Part shown: piece after piece, positions 38,894 to 52,180 of the stretch
Position numbering within the stretch: position 1 is the first letter of the stretch
How the letters are laid out: every line of letters starts with the position of its first letter
DNA from: Lama guanicoe
Taxonomy: Eukaryota
DNA length: 64,000 bases
Reading direction: 5' to 3'
NCBI GenBank assembly: GCA_013239625.1
Contig: MU054187.1
Span: 13,238,974 to 13,302,973, forward strand
Notes under the pieces: generated by a model
Databases searched by the model: none
What the model was told of the DNA's origin: nothing
What the model saw: the letters and a program-made list of their open reading frames with translations, nothing else
Program-made: the position numbers and the translations under genes

Positions 38894-40559
38894 AGAAAGA
38901 TAAGGTAAGGTGACCACCTGAGCAAGGTTCTACTCATGAATTCCTATAGTCTGGCTGATAGTTGTCAGAAACAATGGCATCTGAAAATCTGTAGGTTGTG
39001 AATAACTGTTCTGATTTTATTTTAGTATCTTAAGCCTGATGAATGGAGAAGTCCTGTGAACCATGAGTTGATTTATTAGAACACAAATTCATTCTGCATG
39101 ATTCCTATGGAGTCTTGGCCAAGGTTTCTTAATCCACTCTTGTGGAAAAGAACATACCTTTGACAAAGTAATGATGCTTTCCAATCTTTGCTTTTAAGCT
39201 AAGATATCCCAGATATCAAGATAATGCAGTGGTCACCTTCAGCCAATGCAGTTTACCCACAAATGGAATGTTTTATGGCCAAAGTAATTCATGCACATTA
39301 TTTGGGGATAGCTTTCACTTCTCTGGCAGTTTCTTGACTAACTACATCTCTATAGAAAATAGAAGATGCAGAATCTCCAAATCTTGTATAATCTTGTGAT
39401 TTGGTTTGTCATCAGAGATAAACCAGAATTTACGTTACTATGAAAATGTCCAGTGATGGTGCACAACACGATTTGGATGTTCAGTGGTAGATGGAGCACA
39501 TTTGCCTCTCCTGTTGCTCTTTAGAGTGGTGGGTGGTTTTTTTTAGTCAGAAGCACTTTGCCAAAGATGTAGCCGAGAGGGTGGGAGAGTCCAGATATAA
39601 TTTTTGATCACTATGAATTTTAAGACAAGGCCTTGGAAGTAACTGTAGAACTTCCTGATTCTGACAAAAATCGTTCTGTCAACTTTGATTTGGGTCTGTG
39701 ATTTCAGTCTGTCTGCTGTTTTTCTTGAATAATGAGTAATACACATTTTTCAAACATTGTGTAGCAAAACATATTTCCAGCACACTTGTACTGGGGCCTT
39801 CTCAAGATGATTTGGTAATGCTAAAATGTACTATAGCTGTAAGTTTTACATGTAGACTTGACTTTGGACACTGGCTTTCAAAGAAACATTGTTTTAGATT
39901 AAAACACAAATTTTTACAGAATAGAACCCCAAATTTAAATGTATTTTAAAGCTGAACATAGGATTTCAAAGAAGTTCTGACCTTGCTGGGCATCCCTTCT
40001 GGCCAGGCCCCTCAACCTAGGATCTATGCGATCCTCTGTCTGCTGTTGGGGGTATGTGGTGGGAAAGTCTCCGGAGAATGTTTTATGCTAGAGTGCTGGG
40101 ATAAGAACTCTTAATGTGTTCACAGACTTAGAAGTGAATGACCACTTCACAGGTTAGAAAACTTTCCTTAGACTGTAATACAGCATCATGGAATGCCTTT
40201 TTTCTTGCAGGCAATAATGAGGCTCTGCATTGGTTGCCTTTTATGGAAGAAAAATGTGGTAGAAATTAGATAGTACCAGAATGACCTGAAATGCTTAGTT
40301 TGCTTTTGGAGGAGGTATATCGTGGTTTCTTCCCTCCCTCCTTATCTTGAACGAAGTAAATATCTATCATTCTGGGGCAGTGACTTAATAATGAACCTAG
40401 CACAGTTCTGATTTTATAGTTTAACTTTTCCACTGTTAGGTGAAATCAATGTCGGACTTCCTAAAATACTTTTGTGAGTCTCTTTTCAGTTGACACATTC
40501 ACTCAGTTGTCCTGTGGAGCCTTTGAATTCATCAGAGCCCTAAACCTTCTTCCTGCACG

Positions 40560-40778
40560 CTAAGAGTTGGCAGATTGCTCTTTAAAGACTGAGATAATAA
40601 ATATTTTAGGCTTTGCAAGCCACGAAGTCTCAGCTACAACTACTCAACTTTGCCATTGTAGCAGGAAAACAGTCACAGGCGATATGTAACAAATGGGCGT
40701 GGCTGTGTTCCGATAAAACTTTATTAACAACAATATGGAGACAGTAGACTTTAGCTGAGGGCGGTTTGCTGACTCTGC
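40560..40778. mobile_element. MER58A-like hAT-Charlie MITE
   Basis: 'aaatattttaggctttgc...caactactcaactttgccattgtagc...gggcgtggctgtgttcc.ataaaactttatt'; imperfect TIRs agagttggcaga / tttgctgactct. Confidence 0.85.
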
Positions 40779-40889
40779 CATATGTTCTTGCTTAGCTAGT
40801 TCCACAGCTGCCTATTCACTCCCCCGTGACCAAAGTTCTCCCTCTCCATTCAGACCCAAATGAAGATTAAGTCCAATATTTTTCCCTCT

Positions 40890-41322
40890 TATATTAGTTT
40901 TGTAGGGCTGTTGTAACAAATTATGATGAACTTGGTGGCTTAACACAGCAGAAATTTATTCTCTCACAGTTCCAGGGGCCAGAAGTTCAGAATCGAGGTG
41001 CTGGCAGGGCCATGCTCTCTCTGAAGGCTCCAGAGGACAAGTCTTCCTTGCTTCTTCCCAGCTTCCCTGGGGCACAGGCAATCTTCGGCAGCATCGTCCA
41101 GTCACTGTCTGCATTGTCACATGTATTTCTCTCCTGTGTCTCTGACTCTATGTCCAAACGTCCCTCTTCTCATAAGGACACCATTCATTTTGAATTAGAG
41201 GCAATCTAATGCAGCATGGCGTCATCTTAACTTTATTACACCTGCAAAAGACCTTATTTTAAATAGTGTCACATTCACAGGTTCCGGGTGGATGTGAATT
41301 TTGGGGGGATACATCCAATTTC
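40890..41322 (-). mobile_element. MaLR solo LTR (MLT1B/C-like)
   Basis: 'gggctgttgtaacaaattatgatgaacttggtggcttaacacagcagaaatttattctctcacagttc'. Confidence 0.85.
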
Positions 41323-42474
41323 CTAATCTGTCCTCTGTTTTCTATCTCAGCTACCATAGCCCTAATTCAAATCTTTATCACCCTGCCTCTCTCATCTGAC
41401 TATTCCAACAGCCTCCACAGAGATCTTGCCTCCTATAATATCTAGAGTGACTTTTCTCAAATGCAAATGTCACCATGGCCCTCTCCTTTTTACAATCCTT
41501 CTTGTCCCTGTCATCTCAGCAGAAGTCCTCCGTCTTTTGGCCAGCACACATGATGGATGAGTTCACTGTGTGACAACGTATTGGGTGCCCAGACAATGTG
41601 CAGACTGACTACACCTCTACTCAACTGAGTCTGCTTGAATTTACAGAGAAAAGCAAGGCATTTAAGTTACTGGCATTGATGATGTTACTTTCAACTCAAC
41701 ACTGATTGGGCCAAACTGCTTTTCAACTCTATGGCTGAAAGTCACTGGCATTCAAGCCCCTCCCTAATGGGACCTTAGCATGCCCTCTTTTTCTCCTTGT
41801 CCTCTGGCCGGTGCTGCTTCTTTTTATTTTTTTACTCATACTCATTACTCTTGTCTTTTTATCTGGAATAATACATACTCTGCCTTCAAGTAACTTAATG
41901 ATAACACTCTTTCACTTTAGCCTTGGGAATCTGAAGTTCATTGGCATAGCTGGACAAGTTCAACAAGTACAAGTGTCCTTTAGGAATAACATGACCAGGT
42001 ATCTGAATAAGTCTATCCCAGAAAACCGAGGACATATGGCTGCCCTAAGAAAATATAACAATATACTAACAACTTCTAATGTATTTTCCAAATTTTCTGC
42101 AACAAAAAGATGCTATCATAAAGGAATATGGTAGACAGAAGTCTGTCTCCTGGTCTCAGTCACTCTCACCACTTAGATCAGTTCTCTTCATGTCAGGACA
42201 GTTTCCCTCAAAGGCAAATCTCATCACTTGCTCCTGACTGTCTTCTGGGTGAGACCCTTATTTTCACTGTGTTAAACAAGACCCTTCATAGCATGCTCCT
42301 GCCAGTTTGTCAGTCACTTGGGAGCCCAGCCCATGGTTTGGCCCTCACTAGTTCTTCAGAAATATATGTTGAATGAATCAATCAGTAAATGGATGGCTAC
42401 ATGAAATGTTTTACAAATTAAAGAAAATGCTTTAAAATAAGCTGTAGCTAATTTCATCACACAAATAAGTCCTT

Positions 42475-42902
42475 TGGTTGGAGGATATAATCAAGAGGAC
42501 CTGACCACTGGCTGACCCTGAAGAAGACCCAGGCAATCAGAGGCTCCTCACATCTCCTCTGCCCTTGGAACATATGCTGTATCTACTGTCCCCACGGCAG
42601 GAGCTGTCCCAAGGACACGGCTTTGGGAGAGGAAGGCGTTGCGGAGACCATCTGGATTGAATGTAGGACTGCACCCTGTTACAGCCTCTATATACATTTT
42701 TAAGATTTGATGGGGGGATACAGAAAACTATTCATTTTGTGACCACTCAAGAGCAGCCTCATTAGTGAGTTTCCTGGCTTATTAAACCTGCCACCTACCA
42801 ATCTGGAATGTCCTGCCTCTTTCTTGGGCCTCTCCCTGCCGTCTGTGTGCAGGGACCACTTTCAGACCACATCCAGGAAGCCCCCAAAGCTGTGACCCAA
42901 CA
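42475..42902 (+). mobile_element. Solo LTR, ERV1-like
   Basis: TG(G)TTGG...CCAACA termini; ATTAAA at 42781 followed by a U5-like 'cctgcc...tctgg...tcctgcctctttctt'. Confidence 0.55.
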
Positions 42903-44779
42903 CCCCTCTGGGTAGAGAGGAAAAGTAAAACAGAGAAACTAAATCATTTGCCAAAAGTCACACATGTGACCTATAGGTATTCGGACTTCAAATTCTGCTC
43001 CACGGAAGAATAATATATCTACTTTTACATCATCACTTCAGGTGTTCTAACCAAACTATGCTGCTATATAGTCAACTTTACATTTTCAAAAGCCATTGGT
43101 CTGTTAGTAACTGCATGTGAGTTTGACATACGGAACATCTAATGGGCCTTATAAGCTGCATGCTGCGCTGTTAACCACTGAACACACGGGAAGTAATCTT
43201 TTGTGTTCAATTCATTCATTCATTGTAAAACTGCGAACAATCAAATGACCATCTCTCCATCCGTCCTTTATAATGTATAAACGTCACGGCTAAGTTCCAT
43301 GCTGTTCAAAGATTTGAAAACATGGTTCAGTTTCTACTTTAGCACCTGCTTGACAGTTCTTTAATTATTTAATGTTATTAAGGTACTTAGGTTAAAAACA
43401 ATACTTGCATGTCTTCCTCTGGGTGTGACTAATGCTCTGACAATGCTGCTAAGAAAGACAGGACTTGTCAGAAGATGACAATGAAGGTGATGCAAAGATA
43501 AATGCCTAATAACTTGTCAAATTAAAGGAAAACTGTTGTAGACCACCAAGTTAACTATACTGTACAAGCTATCAAAAGAAATTTCACACTAAATGACATG
43601 ATCTCTCATTCCTACTAAATGCTAAGATAACACAATCAAGGAAAAAAATATAAAAGTAAATATTTCATCCTAATAATGTTGGAGAAAAATAAATAGGTTT
43701 GGAAAAACGTATTTTTTATTTTGATAGGGTAGCAGCGCATACAAATCAGCATTATTTTTCTTCTGTCTTGATACAGAAATGCGCTGTAGACATAAGCTTA
43801 ATGTCAGGCTGCCAAGACCATCGCAGAGCACTGTAGGGAGTACTGTAGTGAGCCTTGTCCTTGTGGGTGGATAAAAAGACGAATGTTAGAGACCAAACTC
43901 CCTCAGCCTCCCTCCCTACTTCCTGGCCTTTCTGTTCTCAAAATTTCCCTGCATCTCCATCCAACTTCTCCCGCACTTCACCTCTTTCCTCCTACTCCAT
44001 TCTAATCCTTCTACCTAATCCCTTGTTCCCAACCTGAAACTCTGCTGAATCAATTACGCGGCTCCTACCCCATCCCCATGAACGTTTGTTAGTATTTCCC
44101 TCTTCAAAAGTCCCTTCCATTCAGCCTGCCAACATGCTATTGTTTTCCTATCCAAACCCAGCTTTCTCTTGATCCTCCCATTCCCTCCAGCTCCCCCATG
44201 CTTCCCCGGTTCCTCCTCTGGGCCACAGCCAGACTCCTGGAAAGATGATTGTCCGTCACGGTCGCCCAGCGCCTACTCAGAACACTGATCTGGTTCTCCC
44301 AACTCCTTAAAACATCTCATTCCCAAACTCACCTACTTTGGCTTATATAACTCTCATCTCTCCTGCTTCTCTAACTTCTCTGACGATGCCTTCTCTGTCT
44401 CTTCTCCCACCTGACATTCTCCATGTGAATATAGTCTGGAAGGATCAGTCTTGGCTCCTTCGTTTCTGTTTCTGGGACCATTTTCCTTCTTTCTTTCTTT
44501 TTTCCTCTTTCCCTTCCCTTCCCTTTCCTTCCCTCCCTCCTTCCCTCTTTCCTTCCTTCCTCTCTCTCTTTAATTGAGTAATCTCATCTAGTCTCAACCA
44601 TTCATCCATATCGGTAGATACCAACTCCTGCTTTCACTTTAAACACTCTCCTTGACTCTGGACATGCACTTCCCTCTGTCCCCAGATATGTTTATTTTAA
44701 TGTTCTAACTCTGTCTTAAGTTCATTCATTAATTTGCTTATTCAATCATTCACTCAATATATATTTATGAAGTGCCTAC

Positions 44780-45230
44780 TATGTTAGCTAAGATGAGAGT
44801 TAAGCTCCTGTCCACATACAATGACTTGAATAAGGCAGGAGTTTATGTTTTCTGTTTCACAAGATGCCAGAGCACCTGTACTCTAGGACGTCATCCAGAA
44901 ACCCAGGGCCCTTCCAAATTATCGTTCTGCCCCGCGAAGGTGTTGTCTACATATGTATGGCCAGAACTGGGTTATGTTCCTGTCAGCATGTGAGAAAGAG
45001 AAAAACGAAATGGAAAAGTCCATGCCTAGGGTCAGAAGACCAAGCCCCAGAGCGGTCTCTGTCACTCAGCTCACATGGCATTACCCTGACTCAGTCATGT
45101 CATCACACTGAACTTGTCAGGGAGGCTGAGTCTCTAGCTGGGTGGCCGTGCCTTCTGCTGAACTCTGTTGCTGTGGAAGAAAAGGAAACTATATTTTTCG
45201 GAGGAGGGACATCTAGTGATCTGTCACTCC
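44780..45230 (-). mobile_element. Old MaLR LTR (MLT1-like) among L2 fragments spanning ~44090-46280
   Basis: 'aatgacttgaataaggcaggagtttat' and 'gggaggctgag...tctagctggg'; L2 tails 'ttcattcatt' and 'aaatgaatgaatg' nearby. Confidence 0.5.
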
Positions 45231-45377
45231 CACTGGGACTAGGCCTTGTGCCACACATTCAAATTCATTATTCAGAATAATTCTCATTATATTTCCTCTG
45301 GTTTCTGTTCAGGATTTTAAACCTCTATGAATGGTATTGTCATCCTTGTAGGCACACTTTTTAAATATCCATGATAT

Positions 45378-45448
45378 CTTTTTTTATTGAAGTATAATTG
45401 ATTTATAGTATTATACTAGTTTCCTGTGTATGACATAGTGATTCAGTA
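45378..45448 (-). mobile_element. Very short L1 3' end
   Basis: 'ttttattgaagtataattgatttata...catagtgattcagta'; degenerate TSD ccatgatatcttt / ccaagataacttt. Confidence 0.7.
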
Positions 45449-48400
45449 CTCCCAAGATAACTTTGATGCTTTGTCAGCCATTCCTAACCACCCCCCATAG
45501 CAGTCACAATTTTCCAAATTGTGATGTCATCTTCCTCTGTTATATCCCTTGCTTAGCACCATCCTTTCTCTTTTCCTTAATCCATGGGAAGAGTCAGTGC
45601 TCATCATTACCATTTATTTGAGGAAGAAAAAAAGACAGACTCCCAATTTATCTCCTGTGTTCAGTCTAGCTCTGCTCTTACTTATTCGCACACCCCACAG
45701 TAATGTCTCTGAAGCAAGTGCAAACCCTGTGTATAAAGGAATGATGCGGACTGCTAGGAATGGCATTTGAGGTTTATGAGAAGGATGTGTGTCTTGTCTA
45801 GGACTGGGGATTGGCTGCCAACAGCTTCCCCGCCCACTTCACTGGCCCTGAGACGTTCTGCTTTGAGTCATAGTACAAGCTCCATATTATCTTCCTCTGC
45901 ACATTTGTTCACATGTTCCCCCTGGGTACCATGCCCTTCTAGATCCAAAATTCAAATACTCTCAATATTTCAAGGCCCAGTTTAAATTCCATCTTTTCAA
46001 AAAAGCTTTCTTTGTTTCTTTTATGAAAAAAAATTCTCTCCTCAGATCATCTATAAACCTTTATGTGTACCTCACTTGTGGCATTTAACTCTTTATTTAT
46101 TGTATTATAGTTTATTTATTGTATTATAGCTTTCTTTATTGTATTATAGCTTTCTTTTCCACAGAAAGCCCCTCAATATTGGGACTAAGGCTTATTCTTC
46201 TGTGTTTTCCACTTAGGCTCTAGTACAATGCATGAAACAGTGAGTGTTTAACAGAAATCAGTTAAATGAATGAATGTTTGAACAATCAGTTAAAGACATC
46301 CAGACTGTGGTAAATACAGGGCAGAGAGTCTATTAGGAAAATATGTCATTTTTGACTGAAGGATTGATAGACTATTGATTCTAGAACTGATTTCCACTCA
46401 GTTAAAATATTAGTAAGACGTTTAGGAAGACATATTTGTAATAACAGCAGATGGCATCTTGGTGTTTTAAGCTAGGAAGAGGGATACAGGTTTAAAAGAA
46501 TCATCATGAAAGTGTTTTCCTCAACAAAACACACTTCCCTTATGACTGTCTAAGACGCTTGTGAGGTCCTAACTTCTTGAACTATTGTGGGGTGTTTTGG
46601 GCTTTTTTTTTTTTTGTACTACGTTTTCCAGTTAAGCCTAAAAATATTGAAAACTTTTTCATTCTAATTATTATGTGGTATTTCCAGTCCCAGTCAGAAG
46701 TAAGGCTATGAAAACTCTTACTAGAAAGACTCTTTTCATAGTATTTCCCAATTGAGTTTTATAGCCTGGAGATATTGCAATTCTTAAGATAATTTCCCCC
46801 CAAAGCCCAACATTTTTCCAAGCAATAATTCCGACTCTTTTGACATTTATGTATCTGAAGCATTGGTAAAATCAAACCAACATTTACTTGTAGCAATGCT
46901 ACATCTGCCTTCTGGAGCTAGGACAATATTTTAAAGTGGCAGGATCTCATAAATGTTTCATGGAAAATAAGAAAAACATGCTATAAAAATCAGCAAACCG
47001 TGAGATAAGAAGGAAGAGGAAGGAGTGGGTGATCAGTGAATCCCTCTGGGATGATTGTGGAATAAGTTCTTCTAAATACTGGCCACATTTTCACAACTGA
47101 TAAGTGACTTTCTGGCCATACATTAGCTAATTCTGGAAGTTGCTTTAACCCTTTCAAAGTTAATCCTTTCAAGAACTGCACCTCTGTTATCTACACAGCT
47201 AAACTTGGTCCTTTCTACATAGTCTACATTTTATTCTGAAATTCCCCACTTCAGTTAGAAGTGGCTCCTTATCAACTGTGAAATCTTGGCAAGTCCCTTT
47301 ACCCTCTCAGAGCCTTAGTATCAGTATCTATTAAAACGTCCATTATAGAGGTTTCTGTTACACTGACAATGGTGGGTACATAGACTCATTATTTTTGAAT
47401 GTTTGAAATATTTTATGATAAATTTAACATGGGGCTAAAATATAGGCAAGTTTTGTAAGAATACAGAGATTATGAATGCAAACTACCCAGTTCAACACGT
47501 GGCTTAATAGTCGATAATTATTGTTGCTAATTGTGGGAGTGGGGAGCAAAGAGAGAGGACAGTGCTTTAAAAAAATGATAAGAGACCTAATCCCAGTCCT
47601 CTGTGATCTAAGCATTTTATTCTGGAAGAGTAGCATTTATAGACATGAAACTATTAAGTAACAATGCAAGGTAGCATATGATGAAGGTTAAGTGAATTAT
47701 GCAGATAATATGTTCCAAAGGAGTTCAGAGAACCATGTGTTCAAATAATTTGTGTGTGGTGTTTGTGTGTGTAAAATACATGTTAAATAGGACCATGCAG
47801 GACTTTAAGAAAGGAGAAACTTTCACATTGCAGCCCAGAATGACAGAGCACCGCCGGAGTTTGTTATTTAAGAAGAACTCTTTCAGGGGCCATTTTCTGA
47901 AACCCAGAGACCTGTTTGTGACAAGTCTTTCCCCTCCTGCCTACAAATGCCACCCGTGTACTATTATCCTGACATATATGGTAAAGCACAAAATATGCAG
48001 AAACCGCTGAATTGATGAGTTAACAAAATACACATGAGCACCAGGAAATTAACAAGATGATGGTCCCAGGTTAGCAGGAGGCGTATGGCGTTCTGCTCCG
48101 TGTGGTTTTCTGGCATGCTTATTAGACTCCTGGGCAAGGAAATACCTCTACCTGGAGATTTAGACACTCGAATTGATACTCCCCAGCGAGAGTATACTGT
48201 TTATAATAAAAGCAGTCTTTGTGTGGAGAAAATAAAACTGCACACTTTGTACACTTGTAAACCACCCCTGGCTCACAAAGTTACTATCCCTGCCTTACTC
48301 TCAGATTGACAAGCTTTTAAATCTGATATATTTTAGTCTGGGAAAGAAAAAAAAAAGAGCAAGATTCTGTCAGCCTAATCTCATTACACATGTAGCCGTT

Positions 48401-49149
48401 ACAGTCAAAATGAGTTTCCTGTGAGTAAGTTTGGGTGAGTTTCAAAACCAATTCTCGGAGGAAAAGAGTCATTACGTTGAAGTGTGTGCTGCGAGATGGC
48501 GCTTTCCTATTGTACCAGGGCTTTTGCCTCTATGTTTGCTTAAGCCAGAGGGTGATGAGATGAATAACTCAGATTTTGTTCAATGAAAGAAGGGGAGAAA
48601 AACATTTAAAATGCATACTGTTAATACCTTGTTAAAGGCTTTCTTTAACAAGGAGAAAGTAATAGCTTTGGGGAACTATCTCATAATACTCTCTTGCTTC
48701 TATTTGCTGTCCTACCAAGCTCTTTTTGGACATTTTCTACTCAGAATCATTTGTCTGTTGGCCCATTCGGTCCCTTAAACCACCTCACTTCCATCTCCTT
48801 CTTTGTTCTTTTATATAAAAGTGTGTCCTCTCAAAATACATGCTGTTTGATGGCAGGGACTGGGCTTGGTGTTCACTGCATCTTTAGGGACAAAAAGTAT
48901 CTTATTCCCAGTAGGTCTTCCATTAATGTTTGTCTGTAACTGACTTTACTCTGGAAGCTCCCTCTCTAGTGACTCCCTGTGAACTCAGTACCAGAAAAGA
49001 TAAAGTCCTCGTTGTGCATTTTGATAGTAAGGACAGTAAGGGCTGCATGTGCCGTGAGAGCAGCCTGGGTCCTAAAACAAAAGTTCAGAAAGAGCCCCGA
49101 TGGTGAGGCCATGTTGCAAAAAAGTCTGCTGGGTTAGGACATGGGAAAA

Positions 49150-49554
49150 AAGGAAAAGGATACGTCTTTGATTTACTGGGCATTCATTATTTATTTCCTA
49201 GTTTTCTTCAAATGTGTCACCAATGGGGCTTTTGTTCGTGTTTAGTATCACTAGGAACTTGCTTTTATTATTCTTACTGCTGCTCAATTGTCCAATCCTT
49301 GGCCAGGAGAGCCTGTTCAAGTTGACTATTTGGTTCTTTTGACAAAACGCTAGATTTCTTTCCTCGCTTTGTGGTCATGACAAGATGTAGTAGCCTCGTC
49401 TTGCTCATTTCTTGCCGTAGACCAGTAGTTGGTTCTTTCTCTAAGAGTATTTGTTCTTTGCAGCAGGAAACATTTGGAGGCTACAGTTTATGCAATAGGG
49501 CTATGCACTGCTGTTCAATGATCATTCATAGGTTTCTTCAGTGGATGTATTAGG

Positions 49555-49595
<41 letters not shown>

Positions 49596-49830
49596 TTAAA
49601 ATAAATCATTAAGTCATATTGATCCGACCAAATCAAATTCAGGGATGTAGGGTTTTTACTTAACCTCGTGAGTATTATAGTTGTATCTACTTTCTTACAC
49701 AACAAAAATCTCGGTTCCCCCACATGGGGAAGGGGGTTCTGAGAGATGAAACTACCCAATCTCTTCTGTGACACAGGGGACACCCTGTAACAAAGTAGAA
49801 TGAGTCAGATACTAACTAGCCTTTGCTTGT
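49150..49830 (-). mobile_element. Old L1M 3' UTR fragment containing (TG)n at 49558-49595
   Basis: Resembles 14300-14900 ('gtagggtttttacttaacctc', 'caaatcaaattcagg'). Confidence 0.55.
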
Positions 49831-50198
49831 CCTTCAGGGAACAGAATTTTTTCCCCTCTACTTTAAAATTATTTCATTTTTTATTCATTTTTAGATGGGA
49901 AAGGGGGATTGTGAATCCAGCTAAAAATAATAAAAGCAATAGCCCTCATTTAGCATTTATTATGCGTTAGGTATTGGGCTAAAGTCTGCACACATGTGTG
50001 GGGATGAGAAAGGAGGTTCTTATCCTCACAGCATTTTCTCTGAGTTTAAGTAGTTATAAGGCTGCACAGGGAAGAAAACATACTAACAGGCCAATATTCA
50101 CTTATGAACTGATAACACAATAGAATTTATAATTAGACTACACTTAAAAACCTTCTTTATTTTTACTAGCATCTTTTCTTGACCATAATTTAAATATC

Positions 50199-50575
50199 TT
50201 TTGTTTGTTTTTCCTTTTTCAGTTTTATTAGGTAGAATTATTATAGTTCAACTGCACATACATATTATATTGCATATAAATACATATATATAGTATACTG
50301 AACTTTTTTAGTTTACATGTATGTACTAATTATTGTTTCTAAGAACAGATTCGAGCTTTAGCTTTTTAAACTTACATAATTATCAAAGGAATAAAGCCAA
50401 CTACAAAATAAGAATCAACAGAATGTGGTAATCCAGTCATAAAGGACAGTCAAATGTGCTTTGATTTGTGATAATCAAAATAATAATTAGTCCATTTGTG
50501 TCCTGATTATGATTTTTTTTTGATTCCTCATATAAATGATGTCATCTGGCTTATTGGTTAAGCTCTTGAAGATTG
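50199..50575 (-). mobile_element. L1-type 3' end with atypical extended tail
   Basis: T-rich tail, TTTATT at 50224-50229, homology to 4497-4640; L1-like 'ttgattcctcatataaatgatgtcat' at ~50520-50545. Confidence 0.6.
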
Positions 50576-50759
50576 TACCATGTTGTAAATATTTAGCAAT
50601 AAAATAGCCAAGATAATTTTGAAAAAGAACAAGAGTGCCCAGCTCGTAGTCTCTAAGTACAATTTTCCACTAAAAGGAATCTGGCTCAGAGAACTATACA
50701 GAGAAAATATCAGGAATAGGAAATGTGTAACATCAGCCTGGCAGGTCTGTTCATAGCAG

Positions 50760-51320
50760 AAGGAAGGAAATAACAATGACTATTGGGGTGGTACCAAATG
50801 GTGGGTGGATTCAGAAGAGAGTCCCATTAACCAAGGATGAGATAACCTGACCATTACCAGTAACACTGTCAATGGATTAAAATATATCAAGTATGTTTAA
50901 ATCCATGGGTTCACAATGATACACAAATTGGTTGGCGGAGAAACTTCATGGGTTATCTTTGGAGGATGCTAGGGAACAAACTCATTATTGTATAAACTGA
51001 TAAAGGGGAAAAATGAGCATTTAATCTGCCTTTCCTGTTTAAATTGAAACTCAGAGTAACCAAAAAGCTCATGAGGAGAAATTTCTATGTTTTCAATAGA
51101 AGTTTTCTACCAAATAAATGAAGAGGGAATGATAGACTATCACCACTTTTCAAAATGCTAATTAATTAATGCATCTTAACAATCATCAAAGGCCACAACA
51201 TAACAAAATGTGAGGCAAATGGAAATTATGCCCCTATTGATAGGATGTTGAGTCGTGTGCAATTATTCTTGAAAAAAAAATCGAATCTAATCAACCCCTA
51301 ACTCTAACCACCTTTTGATT
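50760..51320 (+). mobile_element. Old L1M (L1MC/MD-like) 3' UTR
   Basis: Reverse-complement similarity to 14220-14400 ('ggaggatgctagggaacaaactcattatt...aaactg'). Confidence 0.65.
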
Positions 51321-51677
51321 TCACTGGCCCAAGAACACTGGCAAGGAAGGCAGATGATATTGCCTGGGTGTAGACATTGCTAATCCTGGTTAGCCATGGC
51401 TGATTCAGATTTTTAAATGGGATGGGCTCTGTGTGTGTGTGTGTGTGTTTGCACAATTGAGGGTAGGTGGGATAGAGTGTCATCTAGTTCAGAGAGGATG
51501 TTGAAATTTCACATATAGAATTCTTAACACTTTGTTGAGGTGACATCGATTTTCAATGTCATAGAAAGGGGAGCTTTATGGAAATTCTGGAGGGGAATCA
51601 AAGATCCCTGTTCCCCTACAGCTACAATAATGTTACTGTAGCCCTAGAAAATAGAGCCATGCATATTTAGGTTCTTT

Positions 51678-52180
51678 TATTAGTCTCGGGAAGGAGAGGA
51701 AAAAGATGTTACATTCTAACAAAGAAAATTTAATAAAGGAACTATTTACAAAATGTGGGAATCCAGCAGGCACCGTAAACACCTGGTAGTTAGCACAAGC
51801 AGGAAGCCATTACTACCCCAAGGCTACAGGGGAAGGGTCACTGGAATTCAGAGAGAGCTGTAGCTGAAGCTGTCAAAGAAAACTCCCAGACAAAAGATGT
51901 GGCCTTTGGTAGAGGAATTCAGTCACTGCCAACCTGCACCTAGTGGAGAGGGAACTGATGTCAGTCCCCTCCTCTCCTCTGACCTCCTGACCTCCTCTCA
52001 TCACCTCCCATTGGATGAACTGAGCTTGAAGTCAACTGGAAGCCACACGGCAAGAAAGCCCACGGAGACAGTCCATGAAGGTCCATCTCCCAAGGTGATG
52101 TCAGCAGGGTGACAAGGGGGGTGCACCCTTGCAGTGGCAGACAGAGGCTATCCACCGTAGACCCGCTCCTCATCTAGGGA
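51678..52180. mobile_element. Old ERVL/MaLR-class LTR
   Basis: 'tttaataaaggaactatttacaaa' and 'cctcccattggatgaac' motifs; subfamily not assigned. Confidence 0.45.
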
